Positions 40,398 through 48,392 of a stretch of DNA of 64,000 nucleotides are shown in pieces. The stretch covers positions 186,001 to 250,000 of the IMG/VR virus record IMGVR_UViG_3300030085_002431, one strand, 5' to 3'. Positions within the stretch are counted from its first letter, which is position 1. Each line of letters opens with the position of its first letter. The notes beneath the pieces were generated by a model, which was given only the letters and a program-made list of their open reading frames with translations, did no database searches and was not told the origin of the DNA. A program made the position numbers and the translations under genes.

Positions 40398-40976
40398 ATG
40401 AATTTTGAAATAATAAATGAAGACCTTTATTCGGTCACAGATTGTTTATCTTCGACCGATTTTTCATTGATTGATGATGAATTCAATTGTAGATATAATA
40501 ATTGGTTATTTACCAAAAAAGAAACTGATAGACCAGATTGGTATCCTTTAAGGGGATTTTTAGAAAAGAATGATACTGAGGATTGGAATCTAGGATATAA
40601 TTTTCAATTAATTAGAGTAGGAACAACAATAAAATTACATTGTGAGCATTTGTTGAAAAAAAAGTTGCTCTTTAAAAGAGTGCATACAAACATACAATTT
40701 TTTGGACAAGAATCTACATTTCATCAAGACACTGAAGAAAGAGAAAGTGGTAAAGATTGGTCTTTTTTAATTTTTGTTGATACTCATTGGAATACTGAAC
40801 ATGGTGGTGATTTTATTTGTATGTTAGAAAATGGTAAGTACAAAAATATTCCATTTATTCCTAATAACGGTGCTTTATTTAATTCTGTATTGGAACATAG
40901 AGGTGCTGCACCAAATGCACTTTGTTTACACAAACCAAGAAAAACTGTACAATTCTTATTTAATGAAATAGATTAA
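40398..40976 (+). CDS. 2OG-Fe(II) oxygenase
   Basis: FHQD...W....GG...PN.G.LF.S..EH.G..P. Confidence 0.8.
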   Translation: MNFEIINEDLYSVTDCLSSTDFSLIDDEFNCRYNNWLFTKKETDRPDWYPLRGFLEKNDTEDWNLGYNFQLIRVGTTIKLHCEHLLKKKLLFKRVHTNIQFFGQESTFHQDTEERESGKDWSFLIFVDTHWNTEHGGDFICMLENGKYKNIPFIPNNGALFNSVLEHRGAAPNALCLHKPRKTVQFLFNEID

Positions 40977-40983
40977 TTTTGTT

Positions 40984-41580
40984 ATGGATTTTATTTTAGA
41001 AACTTACATTAAAGATATTTCTATCTGTGACCGTTTAGTTGACTTTTTCAATAATTCAGAGTATTCTAGATTAAGAAAGAGACCAGGGACTACAAGTGGT
41101 GGAATTACTCCTACACAAAAAGAGTCTACGGATCTTTCAATTTTTCCTCAAGAATTTAGTGAACCAGAATTAAGTCCAATTGGTGATTACATCCCACAAT
41201 TATTTGGTTGTGTAGATGAATATGTTGCAAAATATGCATGGTGTAACGCATCTACAGCTCAATTTGGAATCCTAGAAAGAATTAATATTCAGTTCTACAA
41301 ACCTGGAGAGGCATTTCATGGATGGCATTTTGAACGTGGTAGTTCTGATTTCCCTGCTTGCGGAAGACATCTAGTTTGGATGACATATTTGAACGATGTT
41401 GATGATGGTGGTGGTACAGAATTCTTTTATCAAGAAAAAGTAACCACTGCAAGAAAAGGAAAAACTGTTATTTGGCCAGCAGATTGGACACATACACATA
41501 AAGGTGAAGTTTCCAACACTGAGCACAAATATATAATTACTGGTTGGTTAAATTACGACCTTACTTCTATAAAGATGTAA
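40984..41580 (+). CDS. 2OG-Fe(II) oxygenase
   Basis: WHFE...R.LVWMTYLNDV..GG.TEF...WPA.WTH.HKG...KYIITGW. Confidence 0.88.
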   Translation: MDFILETYIKDISICDRLVDFFNNSEYSRLRKRPGTTSGGITPTQKESTDLSIFPQEFSEPELSPIGDYIPQLFGCVDEYVAKYAWCNASTAQFGILERINIQFYKPGEAFHGWHFERGSSDFPACGRHLVWMTYLNDVDDGGGTEFFYQEKVTTARKGKTVIWPADWTHTHKGEVSNTEHKYIITGWLNYDLTSIKM

Positions 41581-41588
41581 TAAGTATT

Positions 41589-41673
41589 GGAGAGGTGGTC
41601 GAGTGGTTTATGGCACTGGTCTTGAAAACCAGCGATGTGCAAGCATCCGTGGGTTCAAATCCCACCCTCTCCG
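41589..41673 (+). tRNA. tRNA-Ser(UGA)
   Basis: GGAGAGG/CCTCTCC; loop CTTGAAA; long variable arm. Confidence 0.93.
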
Positions 41674-41702
41674 TTGACAGCACTAGCATTTTATGTTATA
41701 CT
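41674..41702 (+). promoter_or_regulatory. sigma70-type promoter
   Basis: TTGACA-17-TATACT with extended TG. Confidence 0.85.
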
Positions 41703-41708
41703 GTCTAG

Positions 41709-41779
41709 GTCAAGCAAATTACTTGACTGCGGTATTCCCCTTTGATGGATTCAGGAATAGCGGCGATAGGAATCCATCA
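41709..41779 (+). ncRNA. Hairpin plus H-type pseudoknot in the leader of tRNA-Val/Pro
   Basis: GTCAAG/CTTGAC; TATTCC/GGAATA crossed with TGATGGATTC/GAATCCATCA. Confidence 0.55.
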
Positions 41780-41782
41780 TAT

Positions 41783-41857
41783 GCTTGAATAGCTCAGAGG
41801 TAGAGCATCTCCTTTACACGGAGGCGGTCGGGGGTTCGATCCCCTCTTCAAGCACCA
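41783..41857 (+). tRNA. tRNA-Val(UAC)
   Basis: GCTTGAA/TTCAAGC; loop TTTACAC; encoded CCA. Confidence 0.92.
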
Positions 41858-41931
41858 CGGGACTTAGTTCAGTTTGGTAGAACGCTGCTTTTGGGAAGCA
41901 GAGGTCACAGGTTCAAATCCTGTAGTCCCGA
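41858..41931 (+). tRNA. tRNA-Pro(UGG)
   Basis: CGGGACT/AGTCCCG; loop TTTGGGA. Confidence 0.92.
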
Positions 41932-41963
41932 TTCCCTTCGGGGAACCTATCATATTCTTTATC

Positions 41964-42134
41964 ATGAAAATCAACTTATGGTATTCTAAGAGTATGTCGC
42001 AATGGCGGTGGACTCTTACAGAAGAGTTTAAGAATGGAGTTACTAAACTGGAACAGCATTCTGGTCAACACCCATTTCTTAGAGATGCTATGAATGATGT
42101 CGCTAACACAGTAGAATATCTTTTGGATAAATGA
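41964..42134 (+). CDS. Small hypothetical protein
   Basis: MKINLWYS..M.QWRWTL...LR.AM.DVA.TVEY. Confidence 0.65.
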   Translation: MKINLWYSKSMSQWRWTLTEEFKNGVTKLEQHSGQHPFLRDAMNDVANTVEYLLDK

Positions 42135-42838
42135 ACGTTATTAGTTTTCCTTCACCTTTTATTGCACAGTCTTCCATTGATGAAAAACTCCATTTGGAGT
42201 TGAAGTGTATGTACACTGAGATGGTACAAAAAGACCTGAGTCCGAATAAACAAAATTTTGCTGATGGTGACTTTAAAAGATTTAGTTCTAAAGCAAATAA
42301 TTACGAATCAGAAGTCTGGGGTGCTGGTGAATTAGAAGACTATAACGGTCGATTAGCAAAGCAACTTCAAAAAGCTTTCAATAAGGTAATTGAACATCAA
42401 CAATTTCCTCAGATATGTGTAGCTAGTAAAATTGATAAAGTATGGTGGGAGTTTTATGAACCCTATGGGTGTCGTCCAGTAGTTAATTATCCATGTTCTG
42501 ATTTTACAGGAATTTATGTAGTTGATTGTCAACAACATGATGTGATTAACTTCACTAGTCCTTTGATTTCTGTGACTTCAGGAAAGACACATTCTCCAGA
42601 AATAAAAGATGGAGATGTTCTTATTGCTCCTAGTGAACTTTTGATATCATCAAAGACATTTACTAAAAAATCTCTACTGTTCTATTTCACCATTGATTGC
42701 CAGTGGCAAGACTATGATGTTAAAACAAAAGAAGAACTATTTGGTCTTGAACAACAAAGTTCTGCTTTCAAACAAAAGTCTAGAAAAAGACTTTCTGGTT
42801 CAGTTGATGACCGTGTTAGACTGGGTGGGTATTTTTAG
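42131..42838 (+). CDS. Degenerate 2OG-Fe(II) oxygenase-like protein
   Basis: F.SP...GIY...P....GD.LI.PS.L fold motifs; metal-binding His residues not evident. Confidence 0.5.
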   Translation: MNVISFPSPFIAQSSIDEKLHLELKCMYTEMVQKDLSPNKQNFADGDFKRFSSKANNYESEVWGAGELEDYNGRLAKQLQKAFNKVIEHQQFPQICVASKIDKVWWEFYEPYGCRPVVNYPCSDFTGIYVVDCQQHDVINFTSPLISVTSGKTHSPEIKDGDVLIAPSELLISSKTFTKKSLLFYFTIDCQWQDYDVKTKEELFGLEQQSSAFKQKSRKRLSGSVDDRVRLGGYF

Positions 42839-42850
42839 GGTATGTACTAA

Positions 42851-42922
42851 TCCTCTTTAGCTCAGCGGTAGAGCGAACGACTGTTAATCGTTTGGTCCCT
42901 GGTTCGATCCCAGGAAGGGGAG
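42851..42922 (+). tRNA. tRNA-Asn(GUU)
   Basis: TCCTCTT/AAGGGGA; loop CTGTTAA. Confidence 0.92.
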
Positions 42923-42925
42923 TCT

Positions 42926-43007
42926 GTCGATGTGGCGGAATTGGTATACGCGCTGGGTTTAGGTTCCAGTGGAGCAATCCATGAAGGTTCAAGTCCTTTC
43001 ATCGACA
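42926..43007 (+). tRNA. tRNA-Leu(UAG)
   Basis: GTCGATG/CATCGAC; loop TTTAGGT; variable arm. Confidence 0.92.
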
Positions 43008-43017
43008 CTTCTTCATT

Positions 43018-43209
43018 ATGAAATTCTCTGAATATACATTTGGGGGTCGTCCTATTACTCCCATAAATCTTCTTCTTCTCATTAGTGAAATGGAAGGTAC
43101 TTACCAACATCTCAAATATATGGGATTTGAGGAAGATATGAATATTATTGATGAAATGAAGAAAAAGTACTATAAAATGTACTTCAAACTTAATAAAAAA
43201 GAAAAATGA
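43018..43209 (+). CDS. Hypothetical protein
   Basis: LISEMEG.YQHLKYMGF.EDM. Confidence 0.6.
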   Translation: MKFSEYTFGGRPITPINLLLLISEMEGTYQHLKYMGFEEDMNIIDEMKKKYYKMYFKLNKKEK

Positions 43210-43757
43210 TTAATAGGTGTTTTCCCAAAGATTTTTATATTAAGTTTGAAATTCCAAACTATGATGAACTTCTAGAATTTTGTGAAAAGAAAACTGAAGT
43301 AAACAATGAAAAGTTTACTTGGGGTGCTGATTGCAACCTGGATAGAGTTCCACTTAATGCTGAAGAGACTTCTTCTATTATTGGACCGTCTGTTCAACAA
43401 TTTGCTAAAATTCTAGGAAAAGACTTTGGATGTTATTCATCAGACCCTTGGATAAATCACTATACAAGAGGTTCTTATCAAGAGGTTCATTCTCATTCAG
43501 AAAATGATTTTGCTTCAGTATTTCTGTTGAATGATGGAGAAGAGTTTTCTCAGTTTTACTTCTATAATGAAGTGTCAATGGCAGAATCTAGATGGAGTCA
43601 TGCTGTTCCTGAGATTGCTAATAGCCAAATATATCCTATCTTAACAGAAGGTGAAGTAATTTTCTTTCCTGGTTGGTTACAACATGGTGTTACACCACAT
43701 AAAAGTGATATTGTAAGAAAAACTCTTGCATGTAATTATAATTTTGCATTTAACTAG
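43206..43757 (+). CDS. 2OG-Fe(II) oxygenase (TIGR02466-like)
   Basis: WIN.Y..G.YQE.HSH...EG..IFFP.WL.HGV.PH...RKT. Confidence 0.85.
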   Translation: MINRCFPKDFYIKFEIPNYDELLEFCEKKTEVNNEKFTWGADCNLDRVPLNAEETSSIIGPSVQQFAKILGKDFGCYSSDPWINHYTRGSYQEVHSHSENDFASVFLLNDGEEFSQFYFYNEVSMAESRWSHAVPEIANSQIYPILTEGEVIFFPGWLQHGVTPHKSDIVRKTLACNYNFAFN

Positions 43758-43830
43758 GGGGGTTTAGCTCAGTTGGTAGAGCACCTGCTTTGCAAGCAGG
43801 AAGTCAGGGGTTCGAGTCCCCTAACCTCCA
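43758..43830 (+). tRNA. tRNA-Ala(UGC)
   Basis: GGGGGTT/AACCTCC with G3:U70; loop TTTGCAA. Confidence 0.93.
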
Positions 43831-43846
43831 TGTAAAGAACAGAACT

Positions 43847-44302
43847 ATGAAAATAGAAGTAGAAGGTTCTCCTGTTCTCAGAAAGAAATCAAAAAGAGTT
43901 TCAAATATAAACAACGATATCCGAAAGTTTTGTGCTGAGATGGCACAGACAATGAGAGATGCAAAGGGTATTGGAATTTCAGCACCCCAGGTGGGGGTAT
44001 CTAAACGCATCATAATTGTTAATGATGGAGGAAATGATTGGGTATTGATTAACCCAGAAATTATTTGGGATGATGGTAAAAGAGTTTCTTTTAATGAGGG
44101 TTGTTTAAGTGTTCCTGGTGAATATGCAGATATTCTCAGACCAGACAGGATTAGGGTGAAATATAGAGAACTATCTGGGAGACCTCAGACTGTAGACTTA
44201 GACGGTTTATTGTCAAGGATAGTGCAACATGAAATTGACCACTTAAATGGCATTCTTTTCACAGATTACTTGACTGATAGAGGAAGTGCGATTACTATAT
44301 AA
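43847..44302 (+). CDS. def: Peptide deformylase
   Basis: GIGISAPQVG, EGCLS, QHEIDHLNG; short C-terminus. Confidence 0.95.
   Translation: MKIEVEGSPVLRKKSKRVSNINNDIRKFCAEMAQTMRDAKGIGISAPQVGVSKRIIIVNDGGNDWVLINPEIIWDDGKRVSFNEGCLSVPGEYADILRPDRIRVKYRELSGRPQTVDLDGLLSRIVQHEIDHLNGILFTDYLTDRGSAITI
44270..44298 (+). promoter_or_regulatory. sigma70-type promoter for tmRNA (inside def 3' end)
   Basis: TTGACT-17-TACTAT. Confidence 0.7.
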
Positions 44303-44304
44303 AG

Positions 44305-44545
44305 TGTTCAAGAGGTTGCGAAGTCTGTTGTTTTGGACAGGGGTTCGATTCCCCTCACCTCCATTCATGGGGGTGCCATGGTTTCGACAGGGCAAAAAGG
44401 TCGTAATTGTTGACGGGACATAAACATAGATGCAAACACATCTGAAACCGCAGCAAATAACATTGTTGCATTCTCCCGCAGCACCGTTGCTGCCTGAATG
44501 GGGGATGGGGGATAAGTCTTCCTTCTAATCCAATAGACTCTTGGG
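44305..44545 (+). ncRNA. ssrA: Circularly permuted (two-piece) tmRNA, cyanobacterial type
   Basis: T arm GGGGTTCGATTCCCC plus CACCTCCA (to 44363) precedes the 5' piece GGGGGTG..GGTTTCGAC (from 44369); G3:U70; tag ORF 44453-44497 ANNIVAFSRSTVAA*. Confidence 0.9.
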
Positions 44546-44565
44546 GGTGAGATGCCCCTCTTTTT
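44543..44565 (+). terminator. Intrinsic terminator after tmRNA
   Basis: GGGGGT-gaga-TGCCCCT followed by CTTTTT. Confidence 0.7.
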
Positions 44566-44606
44566 GTATAAATACTCCAGAGTTAATTAAACTTAGGATA
44601 CTTTTT

Positions 44607-44774
44607 ATGAAATCTTTAGTCGCAAAGGGTGCATCCAACGTAGCACCATTCGCAGCAGCATCTGCGGTCGCAATCTTTAGTGCCATTATTGGATTTGGTT
44701 TCTATCATGGGGCATTCCACATGAATGGAAACAGCACCCATTGCCATGCAGAAGGAGTATGCCATAACCACTGA
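44607..44774 (+). CDS. Small membrane protein with His/Cys-rich C-terminus
   Basis: TATAAATA at 44567; one TM helix; ends HCHAEGVCHNH. Confidence 0.55.
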   Translation: MKSLVAKGASNVAPFAAASAVAIFSAIIGFGFYHGAFHMNGNSTHCHAEGVCHNH

Positions 44775-44895
44775 TTATGAGTAAAACTATTATTATTGCC
44801 TTGATTGCATCTGCTGTCAGTATTACTACCTGGGAATGGATGCACATTGTTTATGGAGTTGATGAACTACCACAACAAACTATAGGAGTAAAGAA

Positions 44896-45111
44896 ATGAG
44901 CAGATTTAGAGACCTATTTGAAGGTGCAGCACCAGCACCACCAGAAGTTTTTGATGCACCTGCTGAATCAGCAGAACTAACCCCACCTCCAGCACCTGGA
45001 ACCATTAAAGAAGAGGTATTTGGGGAAGCAGCAGCACCTCCAGCAGTAGAGGTAACTGAACCAGAAGCAGCACCAGAAGCAACACCAGAACCAAGAACAT
45101 TTGGTATGTGA
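44896..45111 (+). CDS. Pro/Ala/Glu-rich small protein
   Basis: SD aggag; MSRFRDL. Confidence 0.55.
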   Translation: MSRFRDLFEGAAPAPPEVFDAPAESAELTPPPAPGTIKEEVFGEAAAPPAVEVTEPEAAPEATPEPRTFGM

Positions 45112-45178
45112 TGACAGTTGGGTAACTGTCCACTGATACCCCCACTACAACCGAGACGTGCTATGATTACTAGGTAAT
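45111..45178 (+). promoter_or_regulatory. Palindrome-linked early promoter (copy 6)
   Basis: ATGACA-N10-TGTCCA, TGcTATGAT, ATTAC-tag-GTAAT. Confidence 0.75.
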
Positions 45179-45181
45179 CAA

Positions 45182-45382
45182 ATGAAGGGCATGTCTCGGA
45201 TTTTTATTGAAGGGAAACAGTACGAACACATCAACGATGACATCCATGATGGGTGGTGGTTGATTCCTGAAGATGATGTTTTTGAGTCTATGGATGATGT
45301 TCTGGAAGATGAATTTGAATCCAAACTTGAAACTGAGGAAACAGATTGGTTTGGTGGTGAAGACCCACTAGCACAACTCTGA
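45182..45382 (+). CDS. Highly acidic small protein
   Basis: About one third Asp/Glu; first gene after the promoter cassette. Confidence 0.6.
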   Translation: MKGMSRIFIEGKQYEHINDDIHDGWWLIPEDDVFESMDDVLEDEFESKLETEETDWFGGEDPLAQL

Positions 45383-45411
45383 TTTAACTTTTCGTCCTTA
45401 ATTTTTTTATC

Positions 45412-45792
45412 ATGGCAACTCGTTCACGCATCGGTATTCAAATTGGTAACGATATTCTTTCTGCTTATCATCATTGGGATGGTTATCCTGAGTGGTTGGG
45501 TCGGATTCTCAAGACACACTACAATACGAAGGAGAAAGTAGCAGAACTCATTGACGGTGGTGATATGTCTGTTGCTTGGGGTGATGACAACAAACCTGAG
45601 TATTATGCTGACCGTGGTGAGGATTGTCCTCCTTCTTATATGTCTATGGATGAGTATCTCACCAAAGATAATAATGAAGAATATGCGTACATGTTCACTA
45701 GTGCTGGATGGGTTTGCTATAATATGAATGAGTTTGACGACTCAAAGCAACCTGAATTGGTTGAAATCTCTGATGTTCCTCTTGCTGCTTAA
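45412..45792 (+). CDS. Conserved phage hypothetical protein
   Basis: MATRSRIG...Y.HWDGYP...G..L..HY...ELIDGGDMS. Confidence 0.75.
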   Translation: MATRSRIGIQIGNDILSAYHHWDGYPEWLGRILKTHYNTKEKVAELIDGGDMSVAWGDDNKPEYYADRGEDCPPSYMSMDEYLTKDNNEEYAYMFTSAGWVCYNMNEFDDSKQPELVEISDVPLAA

Positions 45793-46397
45793 TGTTTGGA
45801 TGGAAAGTTGATAGTAATACGCAAAGATTTTCGGTATTTCCTACCTTAATCTATGTCATTGATATTCCTGAGGTTGTGGAAGACCTCGGGGATATTCTTT
45901 CTGCTGTAAAGTGGAGGATGCCAGATGATGATAGGAGTGGTTCGGAATCTTTCTTTGTTCTGGATGAACATCAGCACCTGAAGGATTTATTTACTGAGAG
46001 AGTAAATACTGCGGTGTCTGAATTGCAATATACTGTTCCATTAAAACTTACAACAAGTTGGTTTTTTAGGTTAAAACCTGGAGCAAAACATCCTAAACAT
46101 AAACATACCAATTCTTTTTGGAGTGCAAGTTTTTACTTTGAAAAAGGTGAAAGAGAAGCACTAAATATATCCGCACCTGCCCATGCTATCAATGTTCCAG
46201 TGAACACACAAGATATGGGGATAGTTCCATATGGAAGATTATCTTTCCCTGCGGAATGTGGTAAACTAATTTTGTTTCCCAGTCATATGGAACACTGGGT
46301 AAATGAAAACACCTTCAATAAAACTAGACACGTTCTGGCAATGAATTTCATGCCAGATGGAGAAACTGGTTTCCTAGATTCAACTTTCACCTATTAA
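45792..46397 (+). CDS. 2OG-Fe(II) oxygenase (TIGR02466-like)
   Basis: SW....PG..H..H.H.NS..S..FY...G.LILFPS...H.V..N.....R. Confidence 0.85.
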   Translation: MFGWKVDSNTQRFSVFPTLIYVIDIPEVVEDLGDILSAVKWRMPDDDRSGSESFFVLDEHQHLKDLFTERVNTAVSELQYTVPLKLTTSWFFRLKPGAKHPKHKHTNSFWSASFYFEKGEREALNISAPAHAINVPVNTQDMGIVPYGRLSFPAECGKLILFPSHMEHWVNENTFNKTRHVLAMNFMPDGETGFLDSTFTY

Positions 46398-46398
46398 A

Positions 46399-46599
46399 AT
46401 GACTACCAAACGTAAAATGGTCTGCGTTGACCCTCGTTCTAATGCTGCTCGTCTCCGTTTTGTGACTGAGATGAGTAAACTTCACTCTTGTTATATTGAT
46501 AATGAACTTAATGGTATTCTTTACCTGACTTCTATCAATGGCAAGTATCGTTTCAGTATGAATAAGAAAGAAGATAAGAACTGGGCAGTTGTAAAGTGA
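46399..46599 (+). CDS. Hypothetical protein
   Basis: V.P.S..A..RF...M..LHSC...L.SIN..Y.F...D..W. Confidence 0.6.
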   Translation: MTTKRKMVCVDPRSNAARLRFVTEMSKLHSCYIDNELNGILYLTSINGKYRFSMNKKEDKNWAVVK

Positions 46600-46757
46600 T
46601 TGACGAGCAAACTAGACTTATACTTGCTTTGTATCAAGTAGATAATTTAGTTGAACTTACTAAAGATAATGAATATAAACATTATCTCTACTGTAAGTTG
46701 TCATCTATTAAATGTGAATTAGAGAGACAACTACACAACATGGTCAATCCACCAAAG

Positions 46758-46816
46758 AAGACACTTGAGTAAGTGGCACACAGGGGGTTGCAAGACCCCC
46801 TTTTTGATGCCATACT
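46758..46816 (+). promoter_or_regulatory. Palindrome-linked promoter with embedded terminator (copy 7)
   Basis: AAGACA-N10-TGGCAC; GGGGGT-tgcaag-ACCCCC-TTTTT encloses the -35; CATACT -10. Confidence 0.7.
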
Positions 46817-46840
46817 AACGGAGTAGTCAACAAGGACCAC

Positions 46841-47005
46841 ATGAATCGTCCCGAAGTTCTTCTCACTGCTGCTGATTATCTTGAGGATATTAAAGCACGG
46901 TGGGAGATTCACCAGTATGAAGTAACTAAACTGCGTGAAGACATTGCAACTTGTTTCAATGCAATCACCGATGCTGCTTACTACACATCTACTGGACAAT
47001 TCTGA
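46841..47005 (+). CDS. Small hypothetical protein (54 aa)
   Basis: SD aagga; lies between two promoter cassettes. Confidence 0.6.
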   Translation: MNRPEVLLTAADYLEDIKARWEIHQYEVTKLREDIATCFNAITDAAYYTSTGQF

Positions 47006-47050
47006 TAGTGTCACAGGGGAGGTTGCGGACCTCCCTTTTTCATGTATAGT
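46993..47050 (+). promoter_or_regulatory. Palindrome-linked promoter with embedded terminator (copy 8)
   Basis: TGGACA-N10-TGTCAC; GGGAGGT-tgcgg-ACCTCCC-TTTTT; TATAGT. Confidence 0.7.
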
Positions 47051-47073
47051 TAAAGAGTCAAAGCAAACGAGAC

Positions 47074-47340
47074 ATGTTCTCAAACCTCTCTAAAATCAAA
47101 CCGAAATTTCGTACCTCTGGTCGAGTTTCTGGTAACTTTGGACGCAACAAAGTAAAAGCAGGTTCCTCTATGAAGGGAATCGGTGAAACTAATGCAAAGG
47201 TTCTAAAAATGACGACGCAAGAAGAGTATCTTCAACGTCTCCGTGATGCTTATGGCACTACTACAAATCCACGGATGAGGGAGTTCATCTATCTCGAAAT
47301 CCGTAAGATTATGGTACAACGGGGACAATGGGTAAAGTGA
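47074..47340 (+). CDS. Basic hypothetical protein
   Basis: SNLSKIKPK.RT.G..SGNFG. Confidence 0.65.
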   Translation: MFSNLSKIKPKFRTSGRVSGNFGRNKVKAGSSMKGIGETNAKVLKMTTQEEYLQRLRDAYGTTTNPRMREFIYLEIRKIMVQRGQWVK

Positions 47341-47513
47341 TTTATTCCTATGCAGAACTTGAATCGACTTATTATCAATTCAAGAATCTGATTGATAGAG
47401 AACGTAAACTTCATGAAATGGACATGATGATTAACCCCGAGCATCTTGATTTGCTTGAGTATGAAATCATGCCATTGATGGAGGAGATTGTTTTCTACGA
47501 CCCCACTCCTTGA
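47328..47513 (+). CDS. Hypothetical protein
   Basis: Overlapping start; ends DPTP. Confidence 0.5.
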   Translation: MGKVIYSYAELESTYYQFKNLIDRERKLHEMDMMINPEHLDLLEYEIMPLMEEIVFYDPTP

Positions 47514-47599
47514 ATACATAATTATCATGCTTGACAAAAAACAAGCATGATAGTATTATCAAACCATAATCAACTACTTTATTAGATTATCACTGTAAG

Positions 47600-47827
47600 A
47601 TGACTTACGATAACAAAACTCTTCAAGAGTACGAGAAAGAACTCAAAACTCAAAAGAAGAAGTTCGACAAGATGACCAAGCAATACAAGAAGTGTACTAG
47701 TAATTATCAAGCAGAAATGCTCTATGATGATTTGACTATCTTGAGTGAAGATATTCGACAACTACAACTTATTGTTAAAGAATTGCGTGAGGAAAAACGA
47801 CTTGCAAAAGTTCTTGAAGATGCCTGA
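47600..47827 (+). CDS. Coiled-coil hypothetical protein
   Basis: TTGACA-type promoter upstream (~47531). Confidence 0.55.
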   Translation: MTYDNKTLQEYEKELKTQKKKFDKMTKQYKKCTSNYQAEMLYDDLTILSEDIRQLQLIVKELREEKRLAKVLEDA

Positions 47828-48137
47828 TTTGTATAGTGAAGTTCTGAAATACGAACGTAACTTTCCATCTTATTTCGTTATGTCAAAATACACAAAAGAA
47901 TCATTTGCGGAAGAAATCTCCCGCAATTCTCAACTTCGGGATGATTTTCTGCAAGAATATGTTGATGATATTGTCTTCAACCTATCAATCAAAGAGTTGA
48001 GAAAAAGTTATTCAAACACTCTTTTGAATCTTCTGTATCAAGATTGTGATGCAGACCAAGAGGTTCAAATTGTTGAAGAAGTTGCAGACGTTCATCCACA
48101 CATTCTCAGAAGATTTGGAGTAGATGTGACAGTGTAA
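47820..48137 (+). CDS. Hypothetical protein
   Basis: MPDLYSE start overlaps upstream gene. Confidence 0.55.
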   Translation: MPDLYSEVLKYERNFPSYFVMSKYTKESFAEEISRNSQLRDDFLQEYVDDIVFNLSIKELRKSYSNTLLNLLYQDCDADQEVQIVEEVADVHPHILRRFGVDVTV

Positions 48138-48183
48138 CCACTGACACAAAACACTTTACAAACTAGTCACCATCTGCTAAGAT
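48126..48183 (+). promoter_or_regulatory. Palindrome-linked early promoter (copy 9)
   Basis: GTGACA-N10-TGACAC, TTTACA-17-TAAGAT. Confidence 0.7.
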
Positions 48184-48211
48184 GTATTCATCAAGTCAAG
48201 GAGATTCCCCC

Positions 48212-48361
48212 ATGGTTGACACCTGCACTCGTCACGATGATTATGAGACTTTTGCTGTAAAGTATCTGGGAGTTGACTATGAAGATTTTGTAAATCTTCA
48301 GTTGGGTTGCTCCGAAGATGATGATGATTTCACTGAGTATTATTACAATACTTCTCGGTGA
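48212..48361 (+). CDS. Acidic microprotein (49 aa), paralog of 25489-25632
   Basis: SD aggag; TRHDDYETFAVKYLGVDYEDF; terminator hairpin follows. Confidence 0.65.
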   Translation: MVDTCTRHDDYETFAVKYLGVDYEDFVNLQLGCSEDDDDFTEYYYNTSR

Positions 48362-48392
48362 TAATTAGTAGGGGTTAATTACCCCTCTATTT

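Noticed and set aside
41727-41779. HDV-like (theta) ribozyme next to a tRNA
   Set aside because: Only about 9 nt lie between the P2-like 5' strand and GGCGATAG, too few for P3/L3 and the P1 3' strand. The element is also 5' of the tRNA.
37944-43007. tRNAs with TAA, TGA and TAG anticodons read as stop-codon suppressors
   Set aside because: Read 5'-3', these anticodons decode UUA, UCA and CUA. Long ORFs are intact in the standard code, so there is no sign of recoding.
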